DNA of 64,000 bases from Octopus sinensis (GCF_006345805.1 NC_043011.1:57858464-57922463); one strand, 5' to 3'; shown: positions 25,051 through 39,677, counted from the stretch's first letter. Program-made: numbers and translations. Notes: a model not told the origin generated them from the sequence alone.

Positions 25051-27102
25051 TCAATCGATTTTAGCGTTTGGGTTTTCTCTACTTCAAATTCATAAAATAC
25101 GTATTTATAGTTAATAATTCATTTTAGAATACTGGCTACCTTCCTGGTTTTAAAAATATTTTGATCGTGCTTGGACAAATCAAGTATTTTAACTTTCTTA
25201 TCTTAGTTTTGTTTCTATTTCTGTTCTTTGCGATGGTTGTATGCCATGTGTTCCATTAAATTTCGAATACTTTTAATTTATACAGCATTCACGTTCAATG
25301 TTCGTCGATAACAACAACCATGACAACTGAATTCCTGTGTATTTTAAAATCAAGCGTTTAACATTCATGAGTTTAAAGTAAAAAATAACGATAGTAACCT
25401 AAGCCATTTGCCCCCATTTGCCAGCATAAAACAACTCGAAAAGTATTTGAGCAAACTCTCTTTCTCTCACTGAACAATCAACATATCCTTATATTCATTA
25501 ACAGCATATTCAAATATTTATGTAGAAGTATATGATTGTGTGAATGACCTCAATATGTGCTTAAAGCAAATCTCAACCCCAGAAGTGTGATATCAAATTA
25601 AATCTAACAGGATATGAACTAAGAATATAGAAGTTCAAAGCTAAATAATATTGTGTGATACTAAGAACAGAATGCTTCTATTTCTACCACTCTGCTGCTC
25701 TTCTCAGACTAAATAACAAAAAAAGAAAATATTTTGAAATTAGCTAAATTTTCTCTTAAATCATTTATTCTCTTTTCAAATATTCAATTCGATTATATAA
25801 AACGTTTGAAATCGTGTCAAAGTTTTCTAACTTATAAAATTAAATGTAACATTTTCCGAGCGATTTCACTATTAAGGCATGCTGTTAGCATTATCTAAAA
25901 CCTGTATTTCTCAGTGAAATCTTTCCGAAGCGAACCAGACTAAAATTATATAATTTACTGGAAGATTAGCATCTATCATGCAATTTAAACATCAGAGAAA
26001 TTATATCTTCTCTAAGAAATTCTCTGATGTGAAAGGTTAAAGTAATCGTTCCTTTAATCTTAGTGTAAGCTTCACAGATGCGCTTAAATATTGGATTATT
26101 GATGAAAATAAAGTTGAAGTTCTTAAACGATTCCAGTGCCAAGGAGTTTATCAGTTTATATGATCATGTAGTATTAGTAATAAGTATTTTCAGATACACT
26201 TTACGCGTGATGTATTAGACATAAGTTCATTAAAGTTGCAGCATATTCGAGGCATAGGTTATGCGCTGACCCACCGCTACAAAAGCGGTGGTTGCTGCAT
26301 TGTACTGGGCCTCCTGCTATTTGGGAGGATTCTACCAAATGTGACTCCATATAGGTCATCAATATTATTCGCCCATAAACGATTTCCTCTCACATGAATC
26401 TGCTCACCTATTGAGGTCAGTAGAAAATTATGTTTTCTTTGAATTTTATATCTAGAGTAAGACCATCTTCAACTTATACTCTTTACACGGCATAAACAAT
26501 ACTCTATACTCTTTAGAAGGCGGCACAAAGACGTTACGGAAAATAAAAAAAATATTTATCAATATTATAATAATCTCAGATTTGACAGAAAAAAGAAATA
26601 GCAGCATAGGTGTGCATTCTTAAGTGTACTGTACCTGAATTAAATGTCGAAGCTAATGACACAACCGTCCCAGTCGATGATACAATGAACTGTTTACACG
26701 TTTGTTAATAATTTAGTTTCCTTTCAACGTTTGCTAGCTCTGTTTCACGAAACAGAAATATATTTATTTAAAAATAAATTTAGTGACAACATATTTGAAA
26801 TTCACACAGTTATAAACTCTGATATTTAAAGAAACATCAAACTCAATTTTGTATATTGTAATAGATAAGCACAACCCAGGTCAACAAAGTGTTTCTCTTT
26901 TCGAGTCTATACATTGATTGTTAGTAACGAGTTTTATAGAAAGGAAAAACAAATCTCTGCTCTGATTGGGAATCGAGATAGCAAATATTATTGGTTTTGA
27001 TAAACAATTTAATACCTATCGACTGGGGTCGATTTGTTCGACTAAAAATGGTGTTCCAGCATGGCACCAGTCAACTGACTTACACATATAAAATAATAAA
27101 AG

Positions 27103-27146
<44 letters not shown>

Positions 27147-28019
27147 ATTTAAAAATATGTATCTCTGTTTTAATCATTAATCATTGTTAGTTTAATCATT
27201 ATTCAGTGATTTTTCTCCCTCACCATTTTCCGTATTCCAAGTTGAAATATCTCTCACAACGAAGTCTTTATATGAATTCCATTTTCTAAAACCTGTAGAA
27301 TTGTTATTTTTCCGTATTAATAACCTGCTTTTCTAATTTACCGTTGCGATTTTAATAGATTTATATTGTGATTAATTTTCAGATTTTTCATGACACCTCT
27401 TTCGAATCTGAATTAAATTTATTTAATAATGATTTTTAATAAAAATTATGAAATATAAAATTTATAATAAAAATTATAAAATATAAAATTATAAAACACA
27501 GTTTGAATTGCTGACTTGTCAAATGTTACTAGGTGAGGAATACTACTTTTTGGTTAATTTTGTATAATTGAAAATTTTTGGAAACATTTATAGACATGCT
27601 TTTGTGCAAATGCATTTATACATATAAAGAAATGGTAAAAGATAATCAACAATCAGTTTTATTCTTTCTCATGCAGACATACTAACTAATAATCCCATTT
27701 TACGAAAGAAATATCTTCGCCGTCTTGGAGATATCCCGCTATAGCACCTGTGGATGTCTTTTGCCTCTTGCCTCTTATTTACAGGAGATTTGTGCTGTTC
27801 AAGTGTCTGCTCTACATGTGCTGGCACATTGATTTGATATATGGAACAACGATTTTGTTTTAAGTTGTTTGCGGACGGTTTTTGTCCCTCCCCCTAAATT
27901 TATTGCCCTCATTGTAAAAACTCATTCTGTGCGACTTCTTCTGCATGAGGGACAGAAAACATAAACACTCAGCCGCTTCAGATGTTGAAAAGAACTTTTG
28001 TGTAACTGAATATCTCTTA

Positions 28020-28412
28020 CTTTTTTTTTCTTTTTTTCACTCATTGGTCCACGGTCAAACTGTGGTACCACCTTGAGACCTTTAGAGGAATAATTCGACA
28101 CCAGTACCTTATTTTTTAAAGTCTGGTACGTATTCCATCGGTCTCTTTTGCCAACTGCTAATTTAAGGGTTGGAATACTACTGCTATCAAGCGGTGGCGG
28201 GTAAACATAGACACAAGGATGCGCGCACCGACACATACAGATACACACTGAAATATATACAACGGGCTTCTATACAATTTCCGATTAGCAAATTCTCGCA
28301 TGACACTGTTGGACCTGTACTTGCAATAGGCGACATTTGCCTAAGGTGCCGCGCAGTGGGACAGAACTCGAGATTGCACGGATGCGAAGCAAGCTTTTTA
28401 ACCACCCAATTA
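28020..28412 (-). mobile_element. SINE family A, diverged
   Basis: Reverse complement carries the family A head (cacctt.ggcaa.tgtc) and tail (ggtctcttttgcc) blocks. Confidence 0.7.
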
Positions 28413-28511
28413 TGGTTCAAGTAATTTCACTATGGCTGTTTACCGTCATAAAAGTACTGACAAGCATTGTTACAATCCCATCATTATCAGTATATCTATA
28501 TAAGTATTCGT

Positions 28512-28732
28512 GGTACTCCGTCGGATACGACGACGAGGGTTCCAGTTGATCCGATCAACCGAACATCCTGCTCGTGAAATTAACGTGTAAGTGGCTGAGT
28601 ACTCCACACTCACATGGGTACCCTTAACGTAGTTCTAGTTGAGATTCAGCGTGACACAGAGTGTGACGAGGCTGGCCCTTCGAAATACAGGTACAACAGA
28701 AACAGAAAGAAAGAGTGAGAGAAAGTTGTGAT
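28512..28732 (-). mobile_element. SINE 3' fragment: body C + tail T1
   Basis: Matches 61703-61966 (actccgtcgg...cgacgacgagggttcc...gctcgtgaaattaacgtgtaagtggctgag...). Confidence 0.85.
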
Positions 28733-28740
28733 GAGGGGAA

Positions 28741-28832
28741 CAGTCGATTAGATCGACCCTGGTACTCAACTGGTACTTAATTTATCGACCCAGAAAGGAT
28801 GAAATACAAAGTCGACCTCGACGGAATTTGAA
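28741..28832 (-). mobile_element. SINE family B fragment
   Basis: actggtacttaatttatcgaccc.gaaaggatgaaa...aaagtcgacctc, as in 47634-47850. Confidence 0.8.
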
Positions 28833-29884
28833 AAGTCATAAACAGAAAACATCGCACTTTACTCCTCTCTCAAGATTGTTGTCAGTTGTGACGTTGCATG
28901 AATACAAAAAAAAAATATGCTTTTGCTCCTTCAAGAATGTTCCTGGTGCTTCAATTCAAGAGTGTGTCTGAAGAGAAAGAAATTGCTATCTCACGATTTG
29001 TTGGTTTATCTTTCATCACCAAAGTATTTCAATAGAACCTTCGAGCGTTTCTTCCCTTGGACTTCTGATAATAGCGTTTTAGTATATTTTGAAACTTCAG
29101 TATTCTGCTATTCTTTGGCAAAACAATTAGTCACAGACTGGCATAATAGTTTAGAATTACGAAAATCCATTAACGTTACTGACCTTTTAGCCGAGCGACG
29201 GAAATGGTTCTACAACTTATGAACAATATTTTCAACATTTTAATTCTAGTTTTGTAACGATAAATCAGTTTGACTGAGTCAAATGTAGCCAAGAAGAAAA
29301 TTTGAAGAAATTATGTTCCTTCTGGCCATTTTCAATTATTGATAAGCACTCTTTTTGATTTTTTTTCCTCTATTTTACACTTACATTTTCAGAAATGTAC
29401 GCAGACATTTTATTCATATCCTGACCTGAAATGTCTAAGTTGCGGTGATTTCCGATCTTTCATTGATATTGCTCTGAACCCAAGTAACTCATGCTTCAAC
29501 CCTGTTTCAAAATAAAAGCATCTCAGAAGTACTTGGAAACAGGTTCTATTTGGTGAAGAACCAGTTGCCACAGCAAGAGATAGATCACGCTCTTTTATAT
29601 ATTCCGCCTGTATTTATACTGCGAACGTTGCAAGACCGTATTCACCGAGGGCTTTTGCTTAAGGTTTCCTGCTCGAGGAATCTTGCACTGTAATACTTGT
29701 CAGAATTTCTTTTACCTTTAAAATATCTATTGTTGATGATGTATGACACAGCGACGAAAGCGCTGGTTAAATAACAATAGGAATCGCTAACTTTATGTTT
29801 TTATCTGCAGCAGTATGATGCAGCTGCGCTTTTTCCTCTTGCAGAGACTTTCGACTCATAATGGTAAAATGCAAAATAAGAACA

Positions 29885-30047
29885 AGGTGCAGGACTGGCT
29901 GTGTGGTAAGAAACTTGCTTCCCAACCACATGGTTCCGAGTTCAGCCCCAGTGTGTGGATCCTTGGGCAAGTGTGTTCTACTATCGCCTCGGGACCACCA
30001 AAATGTTGTGAGTAGATTTGGTAGATGGAAACTGAAAGAATCCCGTC

Positions 30048-30050
<3 letters not shown>
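29885..30050 (+). mobile_element. SINE family A, 5' part
   Basis: ggctgtgtggtaagaaacttgcttcccaaccacatggttcc...gatttggtagatggaaactgaaagaa. Confidence 0.85.
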
Positions 30051-30085
<35 letters not shown>

Positions 30086-30718
30086 TGTGTGCATGGTGTA
30101 TATGTGTACGTGAGTGTGTAAAATGAAAGTTTGGTTTTGTGGTAATTTGAGGACTAGAAAATATAGCATAAAGGAACAAATATCAAGTGGGGATATAACA
30201 CAACTGCACCGTTTGTGGTTTTGTAAGTGTAGTTGATACGAATATTGCGTTGGACAAAAAGCTTCTTTCGTTTCAGATATTTACGTTGTGAGGTCACACA
30301 CCGCCAAGCTTCATATTACCCAGCATTCACTTGGTTTATTAAATTAAACTAGCAATTACTTGGAGGCGAAATGTGTAGAAATGTGAAGTTGTTTGCTAAT
30401 ATTAGAAATCTATACGATAATTCATTTCTCCCCAGGATATTAGGTATTGAAACATTATATTAAACATTGCACTCAAGGTCAGCTAACCTTATATTCGGCA
30501 AATTCCTGCATACACCCCTCACAACACACACTCTCATACGTATAACTGTAAATATAAAAATATATATACATGTATATATATATATTTACATATATATAAG
30601 AATACATATATAAATATACATATATATATATATACACAAATATATACGTAAATACATATATATATATGTTGTGTGCGTGTCTCTCTCTATATAAGTATAT
30701 ATATGTGTATATGAATAT

Positions 30719-30769
<51 letters not shown>

Positions 30770-30821
30770 AAATATATATATAAATATATATAAATACAAA
30801 CATAGAGATATGCATACGTGA

Positions 30822-30878
<57 letters not shown>

Positions 30879-30924
30879 ATACACACACATAGAGATATGC
30901 ATATATGGATATATATATATAAAC

Positions 30925-30957
<33 letters not shown>

Positions 30958-31739
30958 TATACACATAGAGATATGCATATGTGTGTGTATATGCATCTCT
31001 GTGTGAGTGTGCCTGTGCGAGAGGATGTATGTATTAGACCTCCGCCCCCACCAAAGGTCACCTAAACACTCACTTTATCTTCTGCAAGCTGGTCTAAGTA
31101 AATATATTAGAAATCAATATTCCTCAGGGTAGGTTAAATAAGGAAACAATAAATTACCATATTCCCCAAAAGGTCATTTCACCAACACGACCATAGATTC
31201 AGGTAAACGTACCGTAAGTAAAATATAAGCAAAAACAAGATTAATCGACATTTTACGGTATCTTTCAGGCTGTCTTTGTATAACCAACCTAATCCTGAAA
31301 GAATTTATTTATAGCAGAGGCACAGATTCTTAGGAGGGGGAAGAAAGAAAGATTAAAAGTGGATCTCTGTAGCTACTGCAGTTGTTGAATCGGTGAAGAA
31401 CAGTTTGGCTCCTTATTTGTCTGGTATTGGTTAGATAATATAAATATCTGAAATGAGGACCCAATAAGTTTCGAAAATTCATCGAGGCTGTTCAGTATTT
31501 CTTTGTCAATCTACGGAAAAATAGCTTAAATTGGCCATGTGTGTGTTTCTACTACGTGAGTATGCACACACAGACACATACATACAGACAGACAGACAGA
31601 CAGACAGACACACGTATATATGTGGTTATCAGTGAGTGATTATCAATCGGCCAGAATACTTTATAAGGTCTCTATTAGTACACCAGGCTGACAATATTGT
31701 TTAGATTAGTGAAGAACTCCGTGCAATGTTGTAGCAGTG

Positions 31740-32100
31740 TCCGAACGGGGAAATCTAAGTCTAAAGTAGAAAACGTTTTAGATGCGGTCATTGACTGAAT
31801 AACTCGTTCCTGGAATTTAAAAAGTTCCCCGGGTCGAGCAAGTTTTTAAGAATTTTTGCCCTCTCACTCAAGCAAAGCTTACATCGTTTGCTCGCGCTTA
31901 TATAACTCCACGGAACTTCCATTTAATTGCGAATGAGTTTCATTCATTTAAGCACCATACGTAGCTGGTCAATGTCCTGATGCTGCGCCTTTCCGGTATC
32001 CTAAAAGAAGGGCTTATGGTTGTTCTGATGTTTCTTAAACGGGGGCGCAGTTGAATCAACACATTTTTGTGTTTCTGTAATGGATGCCCTATCACAATCG
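31740..32100 (-). mobile_element. Penelope-like GIY-YIG C-terminal relic
   Basis: Across minus frames: SYVWCLN...IKWK...SKRCKLCLSERAKI...FLNSRNELFSQ*PHLKRFLL, the typical Penelope-like end (RCxLCLxEKxxI...LNxRxELxSxCRH). Confidence 0.75.
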
Positions 32101-32209
32101 ATGCTTGCATCGTTAACGTTTGATGTCGTGGTTAGTTTTGCTGGAGTCGCTGCTGGCACCGATATTCAACTGCACCCTGTTTAAGTTACGTTTAAGCAAG
32201 TAGTATTTA

Positions 32210-32212
32210 GAA

Positions 32213-32263
<51 letters not shown>

Positions 32264-32293
32264 CAGCAGCAGTAATAGTAGTAGTGGTAGTAA

Positions 32294-32343
<50 letters not shown>

Positions 32344-32420
32344 TAGTAATAGTAGTAGAAGTAGTATTAGCAGTAGTAGTGGTAGTGTTGGCGGTAGTGG
32401 TGATGTTAATAGTAGTAGTT
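32210..32420. repeat. (TAG)n microsatellite
   Basis: Direct reading. Confidence 0.95.
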
Positions 32421-34471
32421 GTTTTTGTTTCCGTTGGCCTTCAGTCCCAGGCGATCTCTGATGGGGGCCAAACTTTGATGAAATTCTCGTTGTAATCATT
32501 TTGTCTTTGTGTCTCAGTTATAGTGCATCGAAGTATCCATTGAACTTCTTCTTGGACGTTAGCCTTGCTGTGTCAGAGAAGTTTGTCTGCTATTTCCCAT
32601 AAGTGTAGCAACCAGCTAGAACTCCAGTTATTGACTCTAGGTGTCAATGCTAGAGTAAGTGTAGCCATCAATTTTAAAGAAATTATACAGATATAGGATT
32701 GTTTCTCACCCAAGCAGTGAATTTATATCTCTTGTCATATAAGGAAATATACAACGTGGTCTCAGAAACCTGTAAATTGGTTTTCAGAAATATTCTTATC
32801 AAACACACAGATTTTATTCAATATTTTCTCTTGGATTTGGAATACAACCCTAAAACCACGAAGTAAAGAAGTTATAAAAGCAACCAAGAGATGGTTTTAC
32901 AGAATTTACAAAGTCAACATTGCATTCCATTCTTTCAAAATCGGTAAATAAATTATCAACTCAAAACTGATATCGATTCTCCTTCTCTCTGGCTCTTTCT
33001 CACTCGCTATACTTTATCTTTTCCCCTGGAAGGCATTGGTTACGCTCAGACCTGGAGGGAAGAAATGAGATTCCACTAGATTTAGAAATATCTATGACAG
33101 ACCGTATGTCACAACCGTACCACGACGACTCGATCAGGAGATAAGGACCTCACCACCGAGTCATAAATTAAAAGTCAGCTGCTGGAGGTGATTCCTCTAT
33201 TGGTATATGTGTGGTCCTCCTCTCTCTCTCTCTCTGTCGTTCTGAATTTCATGACAAAGTAAGCTATGCTTATCAAAGAGGTCACGAAAGGTACGTCAAG
33301 CAGGCGGATGGCGCATAATTCTGTTTCATATAAGTGCGATATTTTAATGAATACGAAATAGAATCTAGCAACTTTCGTTCTTTATACAACGCCATTAGAA
33401 GAAAGTAAAGTGTTGAGCTGGAGGACGCTTGAGGACGCCAGAGAAAATGCATGGCTGCAATTGCGAGGGGTCTGATTTCAAATCTCGCAGAAGTCAACAT
33501 CACTCTTCAGTATCGACAAAACTAGAAAAAAAAGTGTCAGTGAAGTAGTTGGAGGTCGATGTCCTCGACTTATGACCCCGCTTCGTCCAGAACTGCTGAC
33601 CTTCACACCTACAACAGGAGGTATGTTGTGATCTCGGTCACTTAGACTTGAAACGGTGAAACTGGTCTTATGAGCTCTAGGAATTGACAAAAATAAATTT
33701 AAAAGGAATCAGTATAAAAGGAATGGAAGTAATTTTACTGTTCTCTTGTCACGACTTGAAACCGCAGCTAAATCTTGGCAAATAGGAAGGAAGCTTCAAC
33801 GAGAGAATCCATGAGAACATATTAGAACCACAAAACTTCGGGCTGTGATATTCCTGATATTTAATATTTTTGTTAATATATTTAGAACAGGACTTGATCA
33901 ATAAAAAACATAGATATAACGGTAAGTCAGTAGATGTTGAAATAGGAAATATCTTTGTTAATCTACGTTTTTAAAAAGTTAATAGCTATTTATAATGTTT
34001 GGTATCTGACCTTTTTGTTTTTTTTACTTAAACATACGATAATGTCGCAATAACAAGAATATATTTATTTTTCAGGAGTTTCTCTAAGAAATATTCTGAA
34101 AATTTTTTCCCCTTCTTTTGATTATGAAATTTCTCTCTATTTTGCTTTTGTTTATATATTATTTGATGTTAAAAACTAAAATAATACCCCCCCCCCCCAA
34201 AAAAAAAACACAAGCAATGATAAAAAGCAAATAGAAAGGCAACTTCGATATTTTCTGATAGAAACAAAATACTGTTTTTCTTGCGCTATTTCTGTTTGCC
34301 AAACAATTGTCTCTGTTCACTTTGATCAGAGTTTAAAATCGGACTTCGTTCTAATAGATCTCTCCCATAAACCGGTTCAATATTTCTTTATACGTTCTTG
34401 AAAAATAATTAACAATAAATAAAACCCCACCAAAATCTATTGTGCAATCTTCAATAGCTTAGATATAGAGG

Positions 34472-34505
<34 letters not shown>

Positions 34506-34671
34506 GTGTGCGTACATACATATATATATATACGCACATGTATGTATATATATACGTATGTATATATATGTTCACATTTCTTAGTGCACGTGCATTAGTA
34601 CATATACAAATATAGATTAAATAAACACAGACGTTGATATATTTGAAACTATACGCACATATACATGGACA

Positions 34672-34738
<67 letters not shown>

Positions 34739-34791
34739 TGTGTGTGTGTGTGTGTGTGTGTGTGATGTGTGTGTGTATCTATGTATATGTT

Positions 34792-34823
<32 letters not shown>

Positions 34824-35991
34824 ATATATTCATATATGTATATGCATACACACTAAAAATTATTCATAGCTCTCTGCAACTATCTTGAAATATTTCATAA
34901 GTACTTGTGTGTGTGTGAATGTGTACCTGCATAGGTCTGTTTGAGTGTGTGTTTTATTGTGTGATTTTGGGCGGGCGTGTGAACGTCTGTCTGTATATAT
35001 ATATATCCATATATTAATGACACACACAACTACTCCCTACTCACAGCCCAACGTCTCAGCCTCTCGGTTGACAGATATAGAGAACTACTGCCACATCGTT
35101 AATGAACGGCTGCAATACAGCGATTAATTTGTTAGAACAGGACTAGTAAAATACAAGAGGATGAATTAGGTTCAGTAGACTCGGTTGGCAGGGGCGCAAT
35201 GTGACAACGAAAGCACAATTTTTTTTTTACAAAGTGGACGGACACATTTTATTCGCTTATAAATAACTGTAAGGGAAATTTCAAAGGCGATCTCTTCCAA
35301 TGTTCGGGGCGATCGACGAGCCAAATAGTGTAGTGTATTCTAGAGCTTATCTTGATGGCCTGCCGCGGCTCTCGGCAGAAGATTTTGGTACTACGGAAAG
35401 ACAATAAGCATACTTGCGAATAGTAATTTTCCTGGTCTGTTGTTTGAGCTTTATGAATATATATACTCAGCTTATGTATGGCGATAGTCGGGCAGACGTC
35501 TACTAATAATGGCAACAGAACAAAACAAATTTCCAATTTTCTGAGCCAGAGAATAGTATGGTTAATAAGAAAGAACGTCAGCATTGGCATCGTAATCGAT
35601 AACTGCCTGATCACAATATAAAGTTTTAGGAATTGTTCAAAGTTTTAGCACTCAGATTTACAATTTGGTCGGTAACTTGACTAAGGAAGCGCCTATGTCA
35701 GTGATCCTGAAAATATCTATCCAAGACATTCTTTAACTACGCTGTGTCGTGGAGAATGTTGTTAAGGCAGAGAACTGCAGTTCGACCCAGGTGAAATTAG
35801 TCGAAAATTGTCGATTGGGCCACTCGTCCCTACTTTGGCAATTACCGTCTGAGGAAATAGTATTATTAGGGACAGCCTAGGATACTTAGGAAGGGTGTTG
35901 AGGTTACATGATGTTGTTCGATGTTAGGATTTTGTTTTCAACAATCTAATATATTGTGCGTATATGAATTAATAATAATAGTAGTAGTAGG

Positions 35992-36415
35992 ATGAGGATG
36001 GGGAGGGGAGGAGGAGAAGAGGGAGGAAGAGAAGAAGAAGGAGAGGAAGGAGATGAAGAAGGAAGAAGAAGAGGAATACGAAGAGGAGGAAGGAGAAGAA
36101 GAAAAAGAAGGAAGAAGAGGGAGAGGAAGAGGTGGAAGAAGAGGTAGAAGAAGAGGGAGAGGAAGAGGTAAAAGAAGAAGTGGAAGAGGGAGCGCGTGAG
36201 GAAGACGTAGAAGAAGAAGCAGAAGCAGAAGAAGAAGAAGAAGAAGAAGAAGAAGAAGAAGAGGAAAAAGAAGAAGAAAATAAAGAAGATAAGGTAGAAG
36301 TAGCAGAAGAAGAAGTGCTAGAAGTAAAAGAAGAAGAAGAAGAAGAAGAAGAGGGAGAGAAAGATATGAGAAGAAGAAGAAGAAGAAGAAGAAGAAGAAG
36401 AAGAAGAAGAAGAAT
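35992..36415. repeat. Purine-rich (GAA/GAG)n low-complexity tract
   Basis: Almost all A/G on the plus strand; gives the spurious poly-Glu ORF. Confidence 0.95.
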
Positions 36416-37311
36416 CAGTAGCAGCAGCGACTAAGTTGTATTTGTGTTTGAAGCTATTTTTTGCTGCCGAAGAAAAAAATCAGTGATTTCTGTAAATTCC
36501 AATTTCTTTTTAAACAAACATTATATATTCCTCTATATTCTGGCCAGCTTTTGGAAGTGTCACGAGTAGAAAAAAAAAACAGTGAACTGAAATAAAGCAG
36601 AGAAGCGCTGAGGTGGAGATATCAACGAAATGGAATCTGCCAATGCAAAGTTGAAATGTTGTTGAGATAGAGACACTGCTGCTAGTTTAGATGCGCAGTT
36701 ACAGCCGTAGGTGTCGACTAGCGTAACACGCTTCTCTAATACCAATTCGGTAGGCGCAACTGGCAGCGTTTGGTTCCAGCCAACGCATGTTCCAGATGGG
36801 AATTAAATTATCACAGCTTGCAGATAGTTACTGTCAATCTGTTAAGGTAAACTAGTATGTCATAATTTAGGTTAATTACGGGCGTTAATTAACAATGATT
36901 AAGCCACGGACATCAACTTTAATTACACTGTAAGGAAGCACTGAGACAAATGAATGTAACCTATAAATAGTTTCTAATTTAGATACACGACCTGCGATTT
37001 TGAAAGGAAGAGGTTAAATTGATATCGATTGCCATACTTGACAGGTATTTTATTTTGTCGATCCCCAAAGAAAACGAAAGTTGTCTTCGGCAAGATTTGA
37101 AGCCAGAATGCAAAGAGCAGAAACAAGGCGCCAAAGAAACTGACATATTCCACAAAAGTTGAATAGTTCTACTTTCAGTACAAATATCGGTATTGAAATT
37201 TTTTGTGCGAGTGTGTAGTAGTATATTTCTATACAAAGACTCCATAGGGTTCTGCGGACTGTCTATCTGTTGATGTACAAGAGATAATTATCTGGAGATA
37301 TTCCAGAGAAT

Positions 37312-37729
37312 AGGCACAGGAGTGGCTGTGTGGTAAGTAACTTGCTAACCAACCACATGGTTGCGGGTTCAGTCCCACTGCGTGGCATCTTGGGCAAGTG
37401 TCTTCTGCTATAGCCCCGGGCCGACCAATGCCTTGTGAGTGGATTTGGTAGACGGAAACTGAAAGAAGCCTGTCGTATATATGTATATATATATATGTGC
37501 GTGCGTGTGATTGTGTGTCTGTGTTTGTCCCCTAGCATTGCTTGACAACCGATGCTGGTGTGTTTACGTCCCCGTCACTTAGCGGTACGGCAAAAGAGAC
37601 CGATAGAATAAGTACTGGGCTTACAAAGAATAAGTCCCGGGGTCGATTTGCTCGACTAAAGGCGGTGCTCCAGCATGGCCGCAGTCAAATGACTGAAACA
37701 AGTAAAAGAGTAAAAAAGAGTAAAGAGTA
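37312..37729 (+). mobile_element. SINE family A, best-preserved full-length copy
   Basis: tRNA-like head (tggctgtgtggtaag A-box-like, gggttcagtccc B-box-like), internal TA/TG microsatellite, tail ending in (gtaaaaga)-like repeats. Confidence 0.9.
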
Positions 37730-38249
37730 ATGGAAAATATAAAACAATTGCAGCGTGGAATGTGTTTAAGCCATTTAAGAAACCGTGCAGCACGGAATTT
37801 TGTCAGTGAAGAGGTCGCGGGGTCAAAGCGACGAAAATATTTTGGCAAATTAAATTTAAATGTTGAAGTGAATCTAACGGATTTTGTGTGTTTCTTAAAT
37901 GGCTTATAAACACCTTCCACGCTGCAATTGCTTTCGTTCCGGTACACGATCTCAGATCAGGTCACTTGCTATGCAAATACATCTCGGTAAAGAAAATATT
38001 ATGTTGCAGTTGTTAATTAGAGCGACATTAGGGACGTGGATTGTTTCAGATAAAATACTATTTCTACATGTAAACGGATATAAAAGAATTATCGAGGCAA
38101 AGCTCGAAGCGCCATGGTTTTGCTATTACATTAAAAGATTTTCTCCCAAAGCAAAAACATTCCAAAAGTTGGCGAAAAAGACTTTATATTTCTTAAACAG
38201 ATCAGATGAACATAGATGCACACACATATAAAAAAAAATGCTGCAACAT

Positions 38250-38480
38250 CGGTGGCTCAACAACCGCACCACTCCAAACAATGTTTACTCTGTCTCTTTA
38301 AATGTCTAAATAAATCCTTCAGATGGCCAAATCGGCTACTATAATACCAATCGACTGAACACCTACAGCGCTGTGTTTTGTTCTCTATGGAATGTCTTTC
38401 CATGATTATCCTTTGTCCGTTAATACCTTCTTCACCCAACCATTGAGCCGTGGGTCATTTGATGTCGAATCGCAAATTTA
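38250..38480 (-). mobile_element. Possible RTE-type LINE 3' coding relic
   Basis: Decayed W.KKVL...HGK...DLFRH...W..AVVE pattern across frames. Confidence 0.35.
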
Positions 38481-38532
38481 AGAAGAATTTCTTGTTTCTC
38501 TTTTGCTGCCAAAGACGTACGTAATGTGACGA

Positions 38533-38852
38533 TGCGTAGCTTAATGAGTCGGATATTCGGCTTCACGAGCGTAAGGTTCTGAGTTCGATTCCCGACGACG
38601 CGTTGTGTGCTTGAACAAGACAATTTATTTCACATTACTCCAGTCCACTCCGCTGGCAAAATTGAGTTGTACCTGTTATTCAAAGGGGGCCGGCCTTGTC
38701 ACACTCTGTGTCCAACTGAATCTCCCTGAGAACTACATGAAGGGTTCGCGTGTCTGTGGAGTACTCGGCCACTTGCACGTTAATTTCACGAGCAGTCTGT
38801 TCAATTGATCGAATCAACTGGAACACCCCTCGTCGCAACCGACGGAGTGCCA
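38533..38852 (+). mobile_element. SINE: head D + tail T1
   Basis: tRNA-like head (gagttcgattccc), body tttcacattactccagtccactc, then tail gttgtacctg...gccggccttgtcac...gacggagtgcc shared with 61703-61890. Confidence 0.85.
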
Positions 38853-39431
38853 TACCCTGTTGGTTTTTCACTTGTTATCGTTGCTTCACTAACTTGCTCT
38901 TTATCTCGGTAGAGATATCGGCCCGAGGCGTATTCATTTCTACCTTTGGGAACATATGATCCATTTTCTTTTGGACCCTATTCTTTAACTTACCCGTCAT
39001 GAGAGTCCCTACCAAGGGCTTTGCGCGCTGCAGGTATAGCTCTCAACGTTATTGAAGCACGTAAGTCACCTACAGAGCCGCCACAAAGACAGCTTTCTGG
39101 TGAATAATGTATAATGGTGGCAATCAATACAATTAATCCATTTGTTAGATGAGATAAAAGTTGTAGAAGTTATTGTAAATAAGAAAACTAAGTTGTTTAA
39201 ATCGACAACGAATATTTTAATGAGTTTCGGGTGTTTTAATATATTACATTTAACTTAGTTGAAGAACAGCAGGGACACAAATCTATATAGGTTCCAGTTA
39301 AAAAATCAAAGCGGTTTTATAGGAAATTGTTTCTGAAACCAAAGCTAAAAGTTGGCACAAACACATAAACACTCACACACAAAATATGTATGTATGCATA
39401 TATATATATATATATACACACATATATATAC

Positions 39432-39529
<98 letters not shown>

Positions 39530-39636
39530 ATATATATGTATATATATATATATACACACATATATATATACATATATATATACATATACACACACACACA
39601 CATATATATATATGTATATATATGTATATATATATA

Positions 39637-39677
<41 letters not shown>

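Noticed and set aside
26194-33620. Frames with a single in-frame TGA before good donors (26194-26416, 33370-33619) suggesting selenocysteine
   Set aside because: One stop in 45-85 codons is expected by chance; no SECIS element or selenoprotein motif seen.
35250-35960. L2/CR1-type LINE 3' end
   Set aside because: Only faint motif resemblance across multiple stops; not supportable without alignment.
36132-36434. Acidic poly-Glu/Arg ORF
   Set aside because: It is a GAA/GAG low-complexity tract with no complex coding flanks or splice context.
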